NCBI GenBank assembly: GCA_964247055.1
Contig: OZ176052.1
Location: 1,364,001 to 1,428,000 of the forward strand
Length of the DNA: 64,000 bases
Direction: 5' to 3'
DNA from: Paragordius varius
Taxonomy: Eukaryota > Animalia > Nematomorpha
Part shown: piece after piece, positions 12,801 to 24,558 of the stretch
Numbering within the stretch: position 1 is the stretch's first letter
How the letters are laid out: the number at the start of each line of letters is the position of its first letter
Translations under genes and position numbers: made by a program
Notes under the pieces: model-generated
Told to the model about the DNA's origin: nothing
Databases searched by the model: none
Seen by the model: only the letters and a program-made list of their open reading frames with translations

Positions 12801-15800
12801 AACAATATAAACTTTTGTTATGTTATTTTTTTAAAATTGATGGACCTATAGGCTTTCGGGCAGATGTTTAATTTTAATCGGTTAAAAAACAACTTTAGAC
12901 ATAAATGTATACCCATAAATGTTAAGTGTTAACAATTAAAGTCTGGGAATATCCAATATAGTTTAGATATCAAGATCCACGTGTACAAGTAAAACTATGT
13001 AGAGTTACATAATAATGGGCTAAAATCGCGCATATTACATTTTTACATCAAGAATTCCCATTTAGTTATTTCAAAACAATATAAATCACTGTAAAATTTG
13101 AAAAATTCTACATACCTCCGATATATTGATGTTTTGTGCAATGTAGTATAATGTTTGATGTAGTTGTGATAAGTTCAGGCTTGGCATTTTTTCGTTGGAC
13201 ATCAAACCGATTACTAACCATTGAGGTTCATTCAAATTAACCATGTCTTTCAAATGAAACTATATTATTACAATGAAAACAATATTATTAACCAAAAATA
13301 AGTAAAGTAATTTATATTTTTTGTGGCTGATGCAAAATTTTAGTCGTTTGTTAGCGGTTCATGTAAATATTTGATATCGAATTTCGAAAGGAATTTTCGT
13401 AATTCTTTGTGATTATTTTGGTAAAGGGAGTTTTAACGATTTTCAAGCAATAATGGAAACGGTGAGACATATATGATGTTGCTTTAAATACTTGGTGTTA
13501 GTTTTGGCGTTTCAAGACATTTTAGAGTAAAATTGAAAAACTATGCAAAAGGTAGAATTTAGCATGGATTCCGAAATAAATAATTTAAGTTTGTTGCAAG
13601 TGTAAAAAACACGTCTCCCGATTTTACTGATAAAATATAGCCTGAAAGCTCTCTAAAGCTATTTATTTACATACTTTAACCTTAATACACATTTTTCCTG
13701 TTAAATGAACGATTCAAAAAAATGGCGGCGACAAAGTTTGAGTTGAAGATTATTTTTAATTTTAACATTTTTTATAAAAAAAAATTTATAAATTTGGCTT
13801 GATACCTTAAATACTTCTTAAGGTATTTAAATTTCAAATCACTATATGACATAATAATACCCTCAAATGTAATGGAGTGCTATGATGGTTCACTGAATGG
13901 CAATAAAAACTATGTTGTTAAAAATTATTACAGTAAACTCTTCTGTAATGACCCTCTATAATATGAGCGTTTAATAAAAAGCGTCTATAAAATAATTATG
14001 CTAATAATCATGCTCTTTTCCGATTTCTAAATAAATCCTTAAAATTAAAGTAATAATCGTTTTCTGTTAAGAGCACTTTCTACAAACTTACTAGTTTGTA
14101 GGTATAAAGGTTCTTTCATATAAGTCAATAATAAAAAAATCTAAACATTCCTTACTAAAATCTGTAAATTTATGTATTTAATAAAATTTATTTATAATTA
14201 ATTTTGAAACAAAAATTTATAATTTTACAGATTTTTTAAAAAGAGATTATGGGGGAAGGGTAGACACTAGATATTTTTATCCGGGAAGTCTAATGAAAAA
14301 ATTAAAAACTTGAGCTTCTCCAACGGTATCATAGTATACACAATTCCCTAACGCACGACCACTTGCTAGGTTTAATAGTTGTTCAGTTGAACATTTCGTT
14401 GATTCATTGTTTGCAGCAGAAAATTTATTTTGAGCGCATCTACTAACGCTGGAAAGATAATGGGATGTATTTAGCAAAAAATCTTCCAATCTTAACAAAT
14501 ATACTATTGGCAGTTGTTTGTTCCTCACATTATCTGTATTGTATAAAATTATTATTAAACATGGTGGAGAATTTGAAAAAAAAACGGTTTTAGACCAAAC
14601 AATTTCGGTTTCAAGGATATTTCCGATAAAAAATATTGGTTCAGATTTTATTATATTAAGTAAAAAAAGGAGATTTGGTTCCAGAATTATTTTTTGGTCA
14701 GATGGTTTAATTATGACTTCATTTTTTATTTTAACGGATAATTGTATAGCCAAAAAGTGAAATATTATATGCTACTTTTCTCTGATATAGCTACAATATT
14801 GTACTTATATAACAAAAACAATATATATTAACATTAAATAAAATATAATATTTTTTCCTGTTTTTTTAAAGGTATTTGAAACCGCTGTCCCCCGGTCAAA
14901 ATTTGCTCTGATTTCACAAAAACGGTTTCGGTTCTCCAATCATTTATACTTTAAACTTTAACAGAGCTTTGCAATTATAATATTAGTAGTACAATAAAAA
15001 ACCGTTTTGGGTAGCAGAGATATCGTTATTAAATTTGTGCTTTATAACATGTTGAAACGAGCAGATAAAACATGAGGACTCTACGCAATTTTGCGATCCC
15101 AATAAGCGTTGATTATCCTGATGATACGTTTCATGCAAATTACATATTACAGATTCCTAAATAATTTATACAAAATAATTTTTAATTCCATACATATGTT
15201 AAAATTGCATTAAAGCAGGAATGTCCAATAGGTGAGCATAGGGAGATTCTCGGCCCTCCCCAAAAAAATTTGGATGATTACCATTTAAAGTCGAACTCCA
15301 TATTTACAAAAATGCTGGTATTATAAAAGTAAAATTCACATATCTTGAACTAAATTTAAATAAGTCTTTCCAAATTTTGGCAATGAACTAACAAAAAATT
15401 GGTGAAATAATAATTATATCGTGTTCGTTATAATTAAGTTTATGTTTGAAATCTGATAAAATTAGTTATTTTTTCCCATATATTTTTTGAATGCGGCCCG
15501 CTAACCATTTGCGTTTGGGCACCCCTGCACTAAAGCAAGAGTAAAGGGTTTAATTATTTTTTTTAATCGATAGGTAACAGAAAATGCTTTTTATGAACAG
15601 AAGACTTTAATCCTAATTTTTTAGTTGAAGCTTTCACTGGTAAGAAAAAATAATCAGTCTAATTGCATTTAAAATGTTCGGCCATAGGCAAAACAATGAA
15701 ATTTATACGTTAAACACATGAATATGGTTCATTATAGTAATATACAAAAATAACATATATTCTTCCTAAAAATGACTTGAAACCGCATTTATGGCATAAA

Positions 15801-17602
15801 GTTAATTAAATTTTTGCGACATTCTTATAACCATCAATGTAACTTATCATATTTTTAGCAGCGCAAGCAGTTACAATAAGTTTTGAGAAAAAATTAAGAT
15901 TGAATTTTGACAAAACAAAAGATATACGACACTAATTATATAAATTTTATTATTTTCCATCTAATTCAAATAGAGTTTCTCTAACTAACATACTTACAAA
16001 TGTCTGTAATAATTCAAGCACATTTTCTTTCAAATCTTGGTGCAAAGCATTAGTGCGACTATTTGTGTTTGTTTGACATTGCTTTAAGGAGTATATCGTA
16101 CGGTGAAAATGGTTAATAAGACAAAAAATGTCATTCTCTCCACCATATTGAAATTGATCAAAGATATTTTGGAGTTGACAAATAATACATTGTGATATAG
16201 TGTGGTTGTCTTGTGACCTTTCTGAAACTCTGTTATTGGGACATTTGTGTTGCCGAACAAACTCGCGAAAGGGTCGCCTGAAAGCATCCAAATGCCAAAA
16301 TATCTAATAAATATGGCAAAAGGTATATTTATAAAAATATAGATTAATATGAATTATAAGGGCATGTGATTTATAAATTTCAATTTTCAAAAGTGTGCGA
16401 TTTCAGTGATAAATAAATAATTAAGATGGATCATGATGCTATTTGCATATTTCGAAAATTATTTTTTATAAGCCTGCCAGCCATTTTGGGTGTCAACGAG
16501 ACGTTATATTGGTTCTTTGGATATTTAAAATTGAATAGATGTGGTATAGAATATTCAATCATGATTTCCTCAAAAAGATTGCGAATAGAGTTAAAACTAC
16601 TTAAAATATTTTGGAAAACGTTTATTTTTATATGCCTGCCAGTTTCAAGATTAAACCACACTACCCTCCGTCCCAACCCCCTTAAAAAACCAAAAATGCT
16701 TTAAACGAAAAAAGTATTGCAGAAATACTATTATACTTCTTCCTGCCACCGCACCTAGATCTTAAATGGACAGTTTTTTAAAAACAATATTGATTTTTTC
16801 AATTTTAACACTACAGGTAACAATTCAAATTCATTTAGATATTAACAACTAATGATAAGTTAACTTTTTCCTTATATATATATATAAATATATATCACTA
16901 AATGAACACCCCTAATGACCCTTATTATAGGAAAATACATGATCAATTTTCCGCATCAATTCTCTTTTTTATTTTATGAACATATCGCATTATTTTATTT
17001 TATAACTAAACAATTTCATATTTTAAGAATATAAATATAAAATTAAATATTATTATTATTTAATTGTTTTTTTTGATCACAAACTGATTGGTATGGTTGC
17101 AAAGCGGTGTAAATCTGAAAAATAATGTTTTAATAAGGCAATTTTGTTTCTTAAGGATACTCACTATAAAGAGGGGAGCCCATGCCTAAAAAATTGAATA
17201 AAACAGAAAAAAAAATTGTATCACCATTATCTCAAATTATCAAGTATTTTTCATAAAATACAGTTTTTGAAGTTATAAAGATAAAACATGATATATAGAG
17301 AAAAATATTTATTCTCAAAAAACAAACATAGTTTACAAACCTTAATTTTCCATATATAAGCTATTTAATAAAGATAGAATTGATTGTGTTAGTAACATAT
17401 ATCTATCTCTCTTTCACAATTTGTCATTTTTAACGATGAGTTGGAAAAAAATTATATTTTTCAATATATTTTTGAGTTTTGTCCGTATAATTTCACTTTT
17501 TACTGTATAACTGTATCCCTCCTATCACAAATATGAATATATAATAAATACCTGTAATATTGTCGTGTAAATTTGGTATTTTTCCGGAGTTAAGTCTGCC
17601 AT
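1..17602 (-). CDS. USP54: USP53/USP54 (echinus)-like ubiquitin-specific protease family gene, multi-exon, long Ser/Asn-rich C-terminal tail, 3' end runs off the window
   Basis: Hand-built exons: 17602-17552 (MADLTPEKYQIYTTILQ), 16303-15998 (IFWHLDAFRRPFREF..HKC..CIICQLQNIFDQFQ, cf. human VLWHLDIFRRSFRQL..HKC..CIFCALKGIFNQFQ), 14771-14310, 13259-13116 (NLNEPQWLVIGL cf. NAPQIITIGL), 12428-12174 (MYDLQCMIC cf. LYLVGMIC), 11792-11651 (IGQNWSDVLKHC..MPLVLIY cf. IGPKWKDVVTKC..QPLLLLY), 10958-10203, 9794-9423, ~1799-1301, 809-<1. GT-AG ends and phases are consistent except the 5' boundary of the ~1799 exon (unresolved); the 14310 donor is weak. USP53 and USP54 cannot be separated by eye. Confidence 0.8.
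1301..1799 (-). CDS. Probable exon of the USP53/54-like C-terminal region
   Basis: ORF 1293-1799; a phase-1 donor at 1300 (or 1315) matches the phase-1 acceptor of exon 809-1. No clear acceptor found near 1800. Confidence 0.6.
5520..6350 (+). pseudogene. Inverted, internally deleted copy of a related hAT transposase inside the element
   Basis: Plus-strand blocks match the reverse complement of the transposase: catgtgcacgaacaaagggtgaag (~5540 vs ~7850), aatcttaatcaaaacattattggc..tgatttgttacccctgga (5665-5735 vs 7400-7500), tattgtagaactgttggttagc (5763 vs ~7280), cgcgtttttccacagtaaat..atataatttgacaaat (6200-6295 vs 6450-6560). Confidence 0.85.
6366..8130 (-). pseudogene. Frameshifted hAT transposase (BED finger to dimerisation domain)
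   Basis: KCLICEGEFTLAHGGKHDITKHMET* at about 8130-8050; ORFs 7503-7847 (YSDASNH..YCADNTN), 7340-7543 (GVGCAAHIIH), 6671-6922 and 6366-6695 (LPGTNAATERVFS) in different frames. Confidence 0.9.
8212..8475. repeat. Tandem duplication with a 146-bp offset in the hAT 5' subterminal region
   Basis: tattagtataataaatattatattaccttaattt at 8212 and 8358; each unit carries two (acc/aga)gatttgtggtat motifs. Confidence 0.85.
9423..9794 (-). CDS. Exon of USP53/54-like gene
   Basis: ORF 9391-9795 trimmed to tttag acceptor (9795-96) and G|GTAAAA donor; 372 nt, phase 1 at both ends. Confidence 0.75.
9845..10115 (+). mobile_element. Degenerate hAT-Charlie-like MITE
   Basis: Starts caggggtgttgtccaa; internal aataagtctttcc..aatgaacta(g/a)caaaaaatt shared with the 15216-15527 copy; right TIR not clear. 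Confidence 0.55.
10203..10958 (-). CDS. Exon of USP53/54-like gene
   Basis: Part of ORF 10159-11118; acceptor ctgatag (10959-60), donor G|GTATT (10202); 756 nt, phase 1/1, matching both neighbours. Confidence 0.75.
11066..11365. mobile_element. MITE with TACCATTTACA.TT.AATTCACCC TIRs and ~21-bp subterminal tandem repeats
   Basis: Left taccatttacaatttaattcaccc, right gggtgaatttgaattgtaaatggaa; same family as 37284-37616. Confidence 0.85.
11950..12145 (-). mobile_element. Partial Tc1/mariner-like MITE (CAGTAAAAA family)
   Basis: cgttttgtcggtataatttcaattt TIR plus internal ttttgcaacccaaaac and ctacataaacta shared with 30165-30410. Confidence 0.65.
15216..15527 (+). mobile_element. hAT-Charlie-like MITE
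   Basis: Imperfect TIRs caggaatgtccaa / ttgggcacccctg; 8-bp flanks cattaaag (15208-15215) and cactaaag (15528-15535), a 7/8 TSD. Confidence 0.8.
15998..16303 (-). CDS. USP-domain exon 2 of USP53/54-like gene
   Basis: ttattag acceptor and ttt|gtaagt donor; 306 nt; WHLDAFRR motif. Confidence 0.85.
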
Positions 17603-18940
17603 CTAGTAGTAAAAGCTATCCCAGAACCTTTTTTCTATTATTTTTGTCATGTTTTAACCATTATTCTAAAAATATTGGGTTTAAAAAAAATATGAAAATG
17701 TCAATAACATATATAAATATTGTATTATTCGGTTGCAAATTAAATATAGGCTGCTTTACATCTTATTTCGGATATAATATCAAATAAATTCATTTTCTAT
17801 AAAATTTTATGGTTTAGGAAAACAAATGACTTCGGAGCAGGGGTGTCAACATGCGGTTTTCACGATATATTTCTATAACCCGCGAGAAATTACGAATACA
17901 AAATTTCATTAAATACTCGAGAAGCCATTGTGTTGAACACCCAGGCCTTTGAGTATAAACACAAGAGAAAGAATATCATGTATTTATAATGTTGAAATGA
18001 CAAAACGGTCTTTTGAAGGTTTTAAACTTATTTTCTCACTACACTATAGAAACCCACTATCTAAATTTGCCAAAAGATGCATAGTTGGAATCAATGAAAC
18101 TGATATATTTAGTTTTCTTTAATTATTTACAAGCTAAACTCACTATTAAAATCTTAGCATTTATAATTTATACAGTAAAAATAGCTTATTTATGAAAATA
18201 TTAAAAAATATTTTTTTATTTTCCATTTTTTGCCGTCTGATTATAATAAATTTACTGTTTTATTTTGGAATTTTACATGAGCGAATATTCCATAGTTTAC
18301 AGATTATACAAAATAAGATTACAAGTAGGGATATATCAATCAAAAATCCGTACAAATCCCAGTAAAAGGTTGTTTTCTAAAATAATTTTATTGGCATTAG
18401 TATTGACTTTTGGTTGATATTTTACTCTTGTAAATCCATTTTGTACAAATTTATGTAATTTTTAACTTCTTATGTAAACTTCCAAAATAAAACAATTATT
18501 TTACACTCATTAACCAGATGACAAAAAATGAAAAAATAAACAATTTTTTATTAATTATTTTTGTTTTACTGTTTAATTATGTTAGAATTTTATAGTGAGT
18601 TTAGCTAATAAATTATTAAAAAATTATTTTAATATAATTTCATAAAAAAGTTTTTTGTCTTTAAATATGTAAAAGAAAAGGGCGATTTTTGATCTGAGTA
18701 TTAAAAAAAACCCAACTATTATTTTAGGCTATTTATAAATTGTAATTATCTGCTGAAAAGATAATAAACCATAATATCTCATATTTTTTCATATTTTTTA
18801 ATTATCCTTGATTTTCACTTTTTGCCCAATTTCAATTTTTATCAATATTTCAAAAACTAGGTCGTCCAAATAATAATTTTAGCGGCAATGAATTCACTGG
18901 TTATAATATCTCTTGAAAAAATAACCCTTTTTTGCGCTCA

Positions 18941-18975
<35 letters not shown>
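18941..18975. repeat. (TA)n microsatellite
   Basis: Pure TA run; similar runs at ~1155-1180, ~21901-21922, ~30098-30147 and ~38693-38718. Confidence 0.95.
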
Positions 18976-18980
<5 letters not shown>

Positions 18981-19769
18981 AAGACAAATGTCAAATTTTA
19001 CATGTCCAAAGCTTTATTGATTTGCCAATTAAACAAAAATACTAGGTGCTTAAGAATAATTAACATTACAATCCTAATAATTGTGAGACATATCGTGGTA
19101 ATAAGATATTATGTGTCCTAACAGCACACATAATAATAATAATACATAAAGAATGAAAAGTATATATAACTATTTTTAATAAAATCGTAAAAAGCTTAAA
19201 TTTGAAATTTATTGATATATATTCTCAAATTAATCCTCTATAAATATAGTTATTTTTCATAGTCAATATATCATGGATTTTAATTTTCCAAATTTTTAGC
19301 CAAAAACAATATTTATATTAAGATAAAATATTATTTGATTTATTAATTAAAATTTTTTAGGTATTTACGTCAAGAATCCACTAATACACATTATTATTCT
19401 TATTGTTGTTACAGTTTTAATGAAAATACAGATATATAGATATATATAATTTCGACTAATTTCAGTATGTGCCTGTTAGTAAAACATTATTTCATCAATA
19501 ATACCAAAATTTTATTAAGACACGACACCAATTGTTTAAAATGTGTTAAATTGATATTTATAATGCTAAACACGCAATAACCTATCTATTATGGCAGTCT
19601 TCTGTTGGTCAAACCAGTCATATATAGATCTTAATTTGCTTTAATATCTAATTCTATCAGACTACAGACATTTAGAGATATATAATTGAAGTCAAGTCAA
19701 TAAGTCACACATGAGAAAAAGGACAAATATTAGTCTAACTTTTTTTTGTATTCCAAAAACGATTTAAAC

Positions 19770-20015
19770 CAGGGGGGTTTTAACTCAAATGGTTTCGCGG
19801 GCCGCATTTTAGGAACGAAAATTCCCACTGGGATATAACAAATATTCCATTAGATTTTAAACGTAAAGTAAAAACTACAATTTATTTAACAATTTTTGAA
19901 TCGTTGCCTCTAAATTCTGAAAGATTTTATTCAGAATATTTGTTTTATCATTTTAGTTAGATTTTAGATTTGAAATTTCTAGCGGGCTGCTAAAATATTT
20001 CGAACCGCATGTAGA
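19770..20015 (+). mobile_element. Degenerate hAT-Charlie-like MITE
   Basis: caggggg start, gcgggccgca motif near the left end and gcgggctgc near the right end. Confidence 0.45.
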
Positions 20016-21989
20016 TAACCTCAAATTTTACCTACAAAAGTTATGATAAAAATATATCTTTTGTCTTAAATTTGTATGAATAGTTTATGTGTAATTATGA
20101 TTGATATTATAACATTTTATAGACTCTGTTGGCTATAAGTGAAATCTGGATAATAAAATGAAGTTAATAATATTTATTAAAATGTATAAAAAAATTAAGG
20201 ATTTATACAAACAGGTAATGTTTCAAAATTGACCCATAACGTATAAAATTATGTTTTAAAGCCGTTTTTATCACATCTTTCCTTTTGAAAATGACAACTA
20301 AATGTGGGAAATGTTAAAAAATTTACTTTTTATAGGATTTTTTAATGCTAAGAATAGCCGAGAATTCAGAATCGATGGAATAATCATTTGTTAGAATCTC
20401 TGTGTTAGTCTTAGTTGATGGAATATGAATTTCGAATAAAAAATACTTTAGATTTCATTTTATATGAAAATATTCGCATGAAAATCCGAAAAAAAAGAAT
20501 AAAGGAATAAAGCAAAATACAGATTTTTGACACAAATCTCTACAAAAATGACATGACAATATAATGAATGGATTTAAATTTTGAAATATAAAAACAATAA
20601 ATAAATATATACCTTATATTGCTGTATGTTTGTCAAAAAATCATAATAAATATGCCTTTATAAATGAAAAACAAGGAAGTTTTTATTGTTTTTGAGCTTA
20701 ATTTTTTTCACAAAAAAATAATTTAAATGAAAAAAAAACAGATAAATTACCAATTTTTGCAGAATATTAATTTAGTTTAGACTCTTTGGTAAAATGTTAG
20801 ATGAATAAATAAGATTAGTGAGTGAGGAGTTAACTATGCATGATTATTGAATAAATTATTGTTTGTTTCTATAAAATATCCCAATTAAAATTTAAATTAG
20901 CAATAGAGGAATATTTCGTTCATATTTAAAAGTCGATATGAACTTTAATCGGATACATAAATGTATATAACTTTTACAGAGGCATAATGGGAAACATTTT
21001 TGATGCTTAAGTTTTGAAAAACCCTCAGATATAAATGAGAATTGATGTAATAAATTTTTTGTTGCAACCTTTTTACATTGTTGCTCCTCTATACAGGTAC
21101 ACTTCTTTTTTATTTTTTTTACCTCTCCCTTTGGAGTTGTGGGAGAAAATAAACGTTAAAAATATTTTATTAATAGAGGGGCTCCTTTATACTCTCTTTT
21201 ATATAAAATAATAGGATGCTTAAAACAATGCATAACCTGCGTCTATTTATAAAATAATATATATATATTATATATATAGGTAGATGTGATTTTAGACAGG
21301 TGGTCGAAAAGATTTATTTTGATGTTTAAAATGAAGTATAAAAACAACATTTTATCTACCTGGTTAAATAACAACTAAATTGGAAAAAAAAATTCAAAAT
21401 TTATTTTTTTGTTAGAGAAAAAAGATATTTATATGTATATTGATATTTATTATTATCATAGGCTTAAAGAAGCAAATTTTACGGAAAATTAACACACAAT
21501 TTGTTTTTAAGCATTTTTAAATATATTTTTAAAGATAGAGTTGAAAATTTTAGTTTGTTGATTTCAGTAATGATTCAATGTTACCTACTCATAATTAGCC
21601 CACTTCGAGTAAGCCTAAAAAGTTATAAGGTTGCAAAACTTTCATAAAAAACTAATATGATATTTGGTTCTATATATAATTATACGGTAAAATGGAGGAT
21701 CCGTAATATAATAAAACTCGAAATTATACGGACAAAACGATAAGAACAAGTAAAAGGTGTAACGTCGGAGATCATCGGCCACCAGACGTTAAGAAATCAT
21801 CTACTCATACATCGGAAATTGGATGTGTTAGTATCTGCATACATAATTAAATGCTTTAGTGTTTAATGTGTTTTTGTAAGCTAGTATGATTAAAAAGCTA
21901 CATATATATATATATATATATATGTTTATTTAAAGAAATGTTAATTTTGCCATATTAGGTAGTAAAGGTAATATTTGATTTTAAATAAC

Positions 21990-22790
21990 CATATAAACAG
22001 CGTTATGGTCCTTACTACTCAAAGTAATGTCAAAGGTTTATGTCGAGTCAAATATAGAGTTTATTCTAAGATCTTATCTTTGGTGCAGGGGTCTTTATTT
22101 GCTTCTAAATGCGTGTGGCCCTCAAGGTATTAAGGTGCTAATTTTGATATCAGGCACCACAAGTGTTTTACCCATTTGTGTGACAATGTTTCAGCTGTAT
22201 CAACTGGAAAACTAACCCGTGATAAATAACTTTAACCCTGTTTTAAACTAAGTCTTAACTTCGGCCATAAATGCCGAAGATTGGTAACCAAATTATATAT
22301 GAGCGGCTCCAGCGTCATCATCTAACAATGATTGGCAATTAGTCTCGCCAGAATCGGATCCTTTATGGCTTGAGTTTGCATTAAGGCACAGAGATTGCGA
22401 GGGGCATGTATGAGAGCAATACAATATAATAAATTCGTTTATAAGTCTAAATAAAATGGATAATATACATACTCATTGATTTAAAACAAATTTAGTAACC
22501 TCAATCCAGTAGATATGGGTTACAAAAAAACAAACTTCAACAAAGTCATTCTACTCGCTAAGTTCACCTTTTATCTTGAGGCTTTTGCACAATCTATAGG
22601 CATGGGAATATACTGCGATAAAAGAGTCCATTTTCTTGCATAGTTTGAAATAAACACTAAAGCATTTTAGCAATTAAATAGGATATAGATTGTTGATTGG
22701 TATATGGGTTATATTATGGGTGGTATAATCAGGTCCAAAATGTTTTTAAAAGACATCATGTATAAAAAGACTCATATTTAAAAACCTTGC
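21990..22790 (-). pseudogene. Decayed coding relic of unknown identity containing a 26-nt GT-AG intron
   Basis: A minus frame of about 150 codons with few stops (..LEPLIYNLVTNLRHLWPKLRLSL..TAETLSHKWVKHLWCLISKL..); intron-like gtatgtatattatccattttatttag at ~22472-22447. Confidence 0.4.
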
Positions 22791-24558
22791 TCTGAAAATA
22801 TATTTACAATTTCGAAATATATAACGAACAGACTATGTCCATACATCTTTATTTTCTATTTTGCACCACATAACAATGATACATTTAATCATTTATATAC
22901 GGTTGCCCTAAAAAACTTTGTTTTTAGTTTTTACGTTTTATCCCTATAGTTTCATTTGTAACTGTTATAGAAGCAATGGTTCTAAAAATCCGTTAAAGTA
23001 AAATTAAGGTATAATATAAGAAAGATATGCTAATTTAATAATATTTGTCCGAATTGTGATTAAAATTTTCTAACCAGTTTGTTTTTAGGATGCAAAAGGA
23101 TATTCTTAAAAGTATTCGAAAAGTTTATAATATATATAAAACATTCAAGCAACTTAGTTTTTTCGAGGGCCAACTTAAATTCGCGGGTGAATAAACTTAT
23201 TACGGTCATTTCAAGGATAAAATAAATAACTATAAATATATAATTATAATTGCATGGAGTTCCGGCAAAATATAAAAATCAATACACTTAAAAACAAGGC
23301 TTTGAACTCGAACCACATGGAACGAAAACCTGATGAATCTACCAAAATAATTTGTTATATTTGCCTTTAATTTAGCTGGTCGTAATTGTCTTTTGGAGCT
23401 GTCCCAAGACTTTAGAACTACTGTAAAAACATAAGCTTTTCCTTATAATACATGAAAGCAATATTTGATTAAGATATTAATTATAATAACTTCATTTTTA
23501 CAAAATTGAGCTCTGACACCACTATGTTAACTAGGACACAAAAGTGAAAAGGTTAAAAAGTGCCACATATTTTTTTGCCAAATACTTTAATCAAAACTCT
23601 TATGTTATGATGTTCGGCATCATCGAATTATAATGAAAACTTTTTATAATATCGTAAAGCGTTTAATACCGTTTCCACCATGACTCAAATAATATGAAGC
23701 TCAACAAAATTTGTGTAAAAAAATTTTAAACAAAATATTTATTTTTCGTCAAAAAATTTCTTGATGTCGAAATTCAGTACTATTTAGAATGTTTATCACA
23801 TATTCTCAGCATTTTTACGTTACTATTAAGATAATCAGCAAAATTATTTGGGATTTTCGGTGTTCAAGTTAAATTGTTTGAATAATGTACTTTTCATATA
23901 TTGTAATATTAATGCTTTTTTTACTAACATTTAGCTTCCGAAAAAAATTATTTAAGAAATACATTTTCTCAGGAAGCAATTATCACAAAATCGTAAATAT
24001 CTCTCTCAAAATAAACATATAACATATTTCTTTTAATCTTCGATTTGAATTGAGGTTGGATATTCCAGGCCTGTTTTAAAGTTAACTTAAAAAATGGAAC
24101 GATAGGGAGATACCGACTTATATAATTACACCGAAATATAATAAGATTTTCAATTAAAAATACATTATAGTACTTATTTCAAGGTATAACTCAAAAGTAA
24201 AAAAATCAACATGATATGTGTCCATTAGCAAAATTTAAAAATAATACAAAACAAACCATTTTTCTCTTTCTATCGTAGTTTGATAAGGTAACCTTTTTTT
24301 AAATTAAATTTGGATACTTTGGCTTTCTTATATAATTTTAATTACGATAGAAGCATAATATTAAATTGAGACCGTTATTTACGATAGTTTTTATAAAATA
24401 TCAACTTAAATATAGACTGGGGATTTATACACCCAATTTGAATTTAAGTGTTAAGGGCCAAAACACAGCGAAGCGGTACAGGGCCAGCTAGTAAAAAACA
24501 AATAATAAAAAATTAAAATAACATATGGAAATCCTTTTGATTTACCACAAAATTTGAA

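Noticed and set aside
16431-16676. 81-aa minus ORF as USP exon 1
   Set aside because: It has no canonical in-phase donor, while 17602-17552 supplies CAG|GTATTT in phase 0 ending ILQ as in the human gene. Left as intronic; alternative use cannot be excluded.
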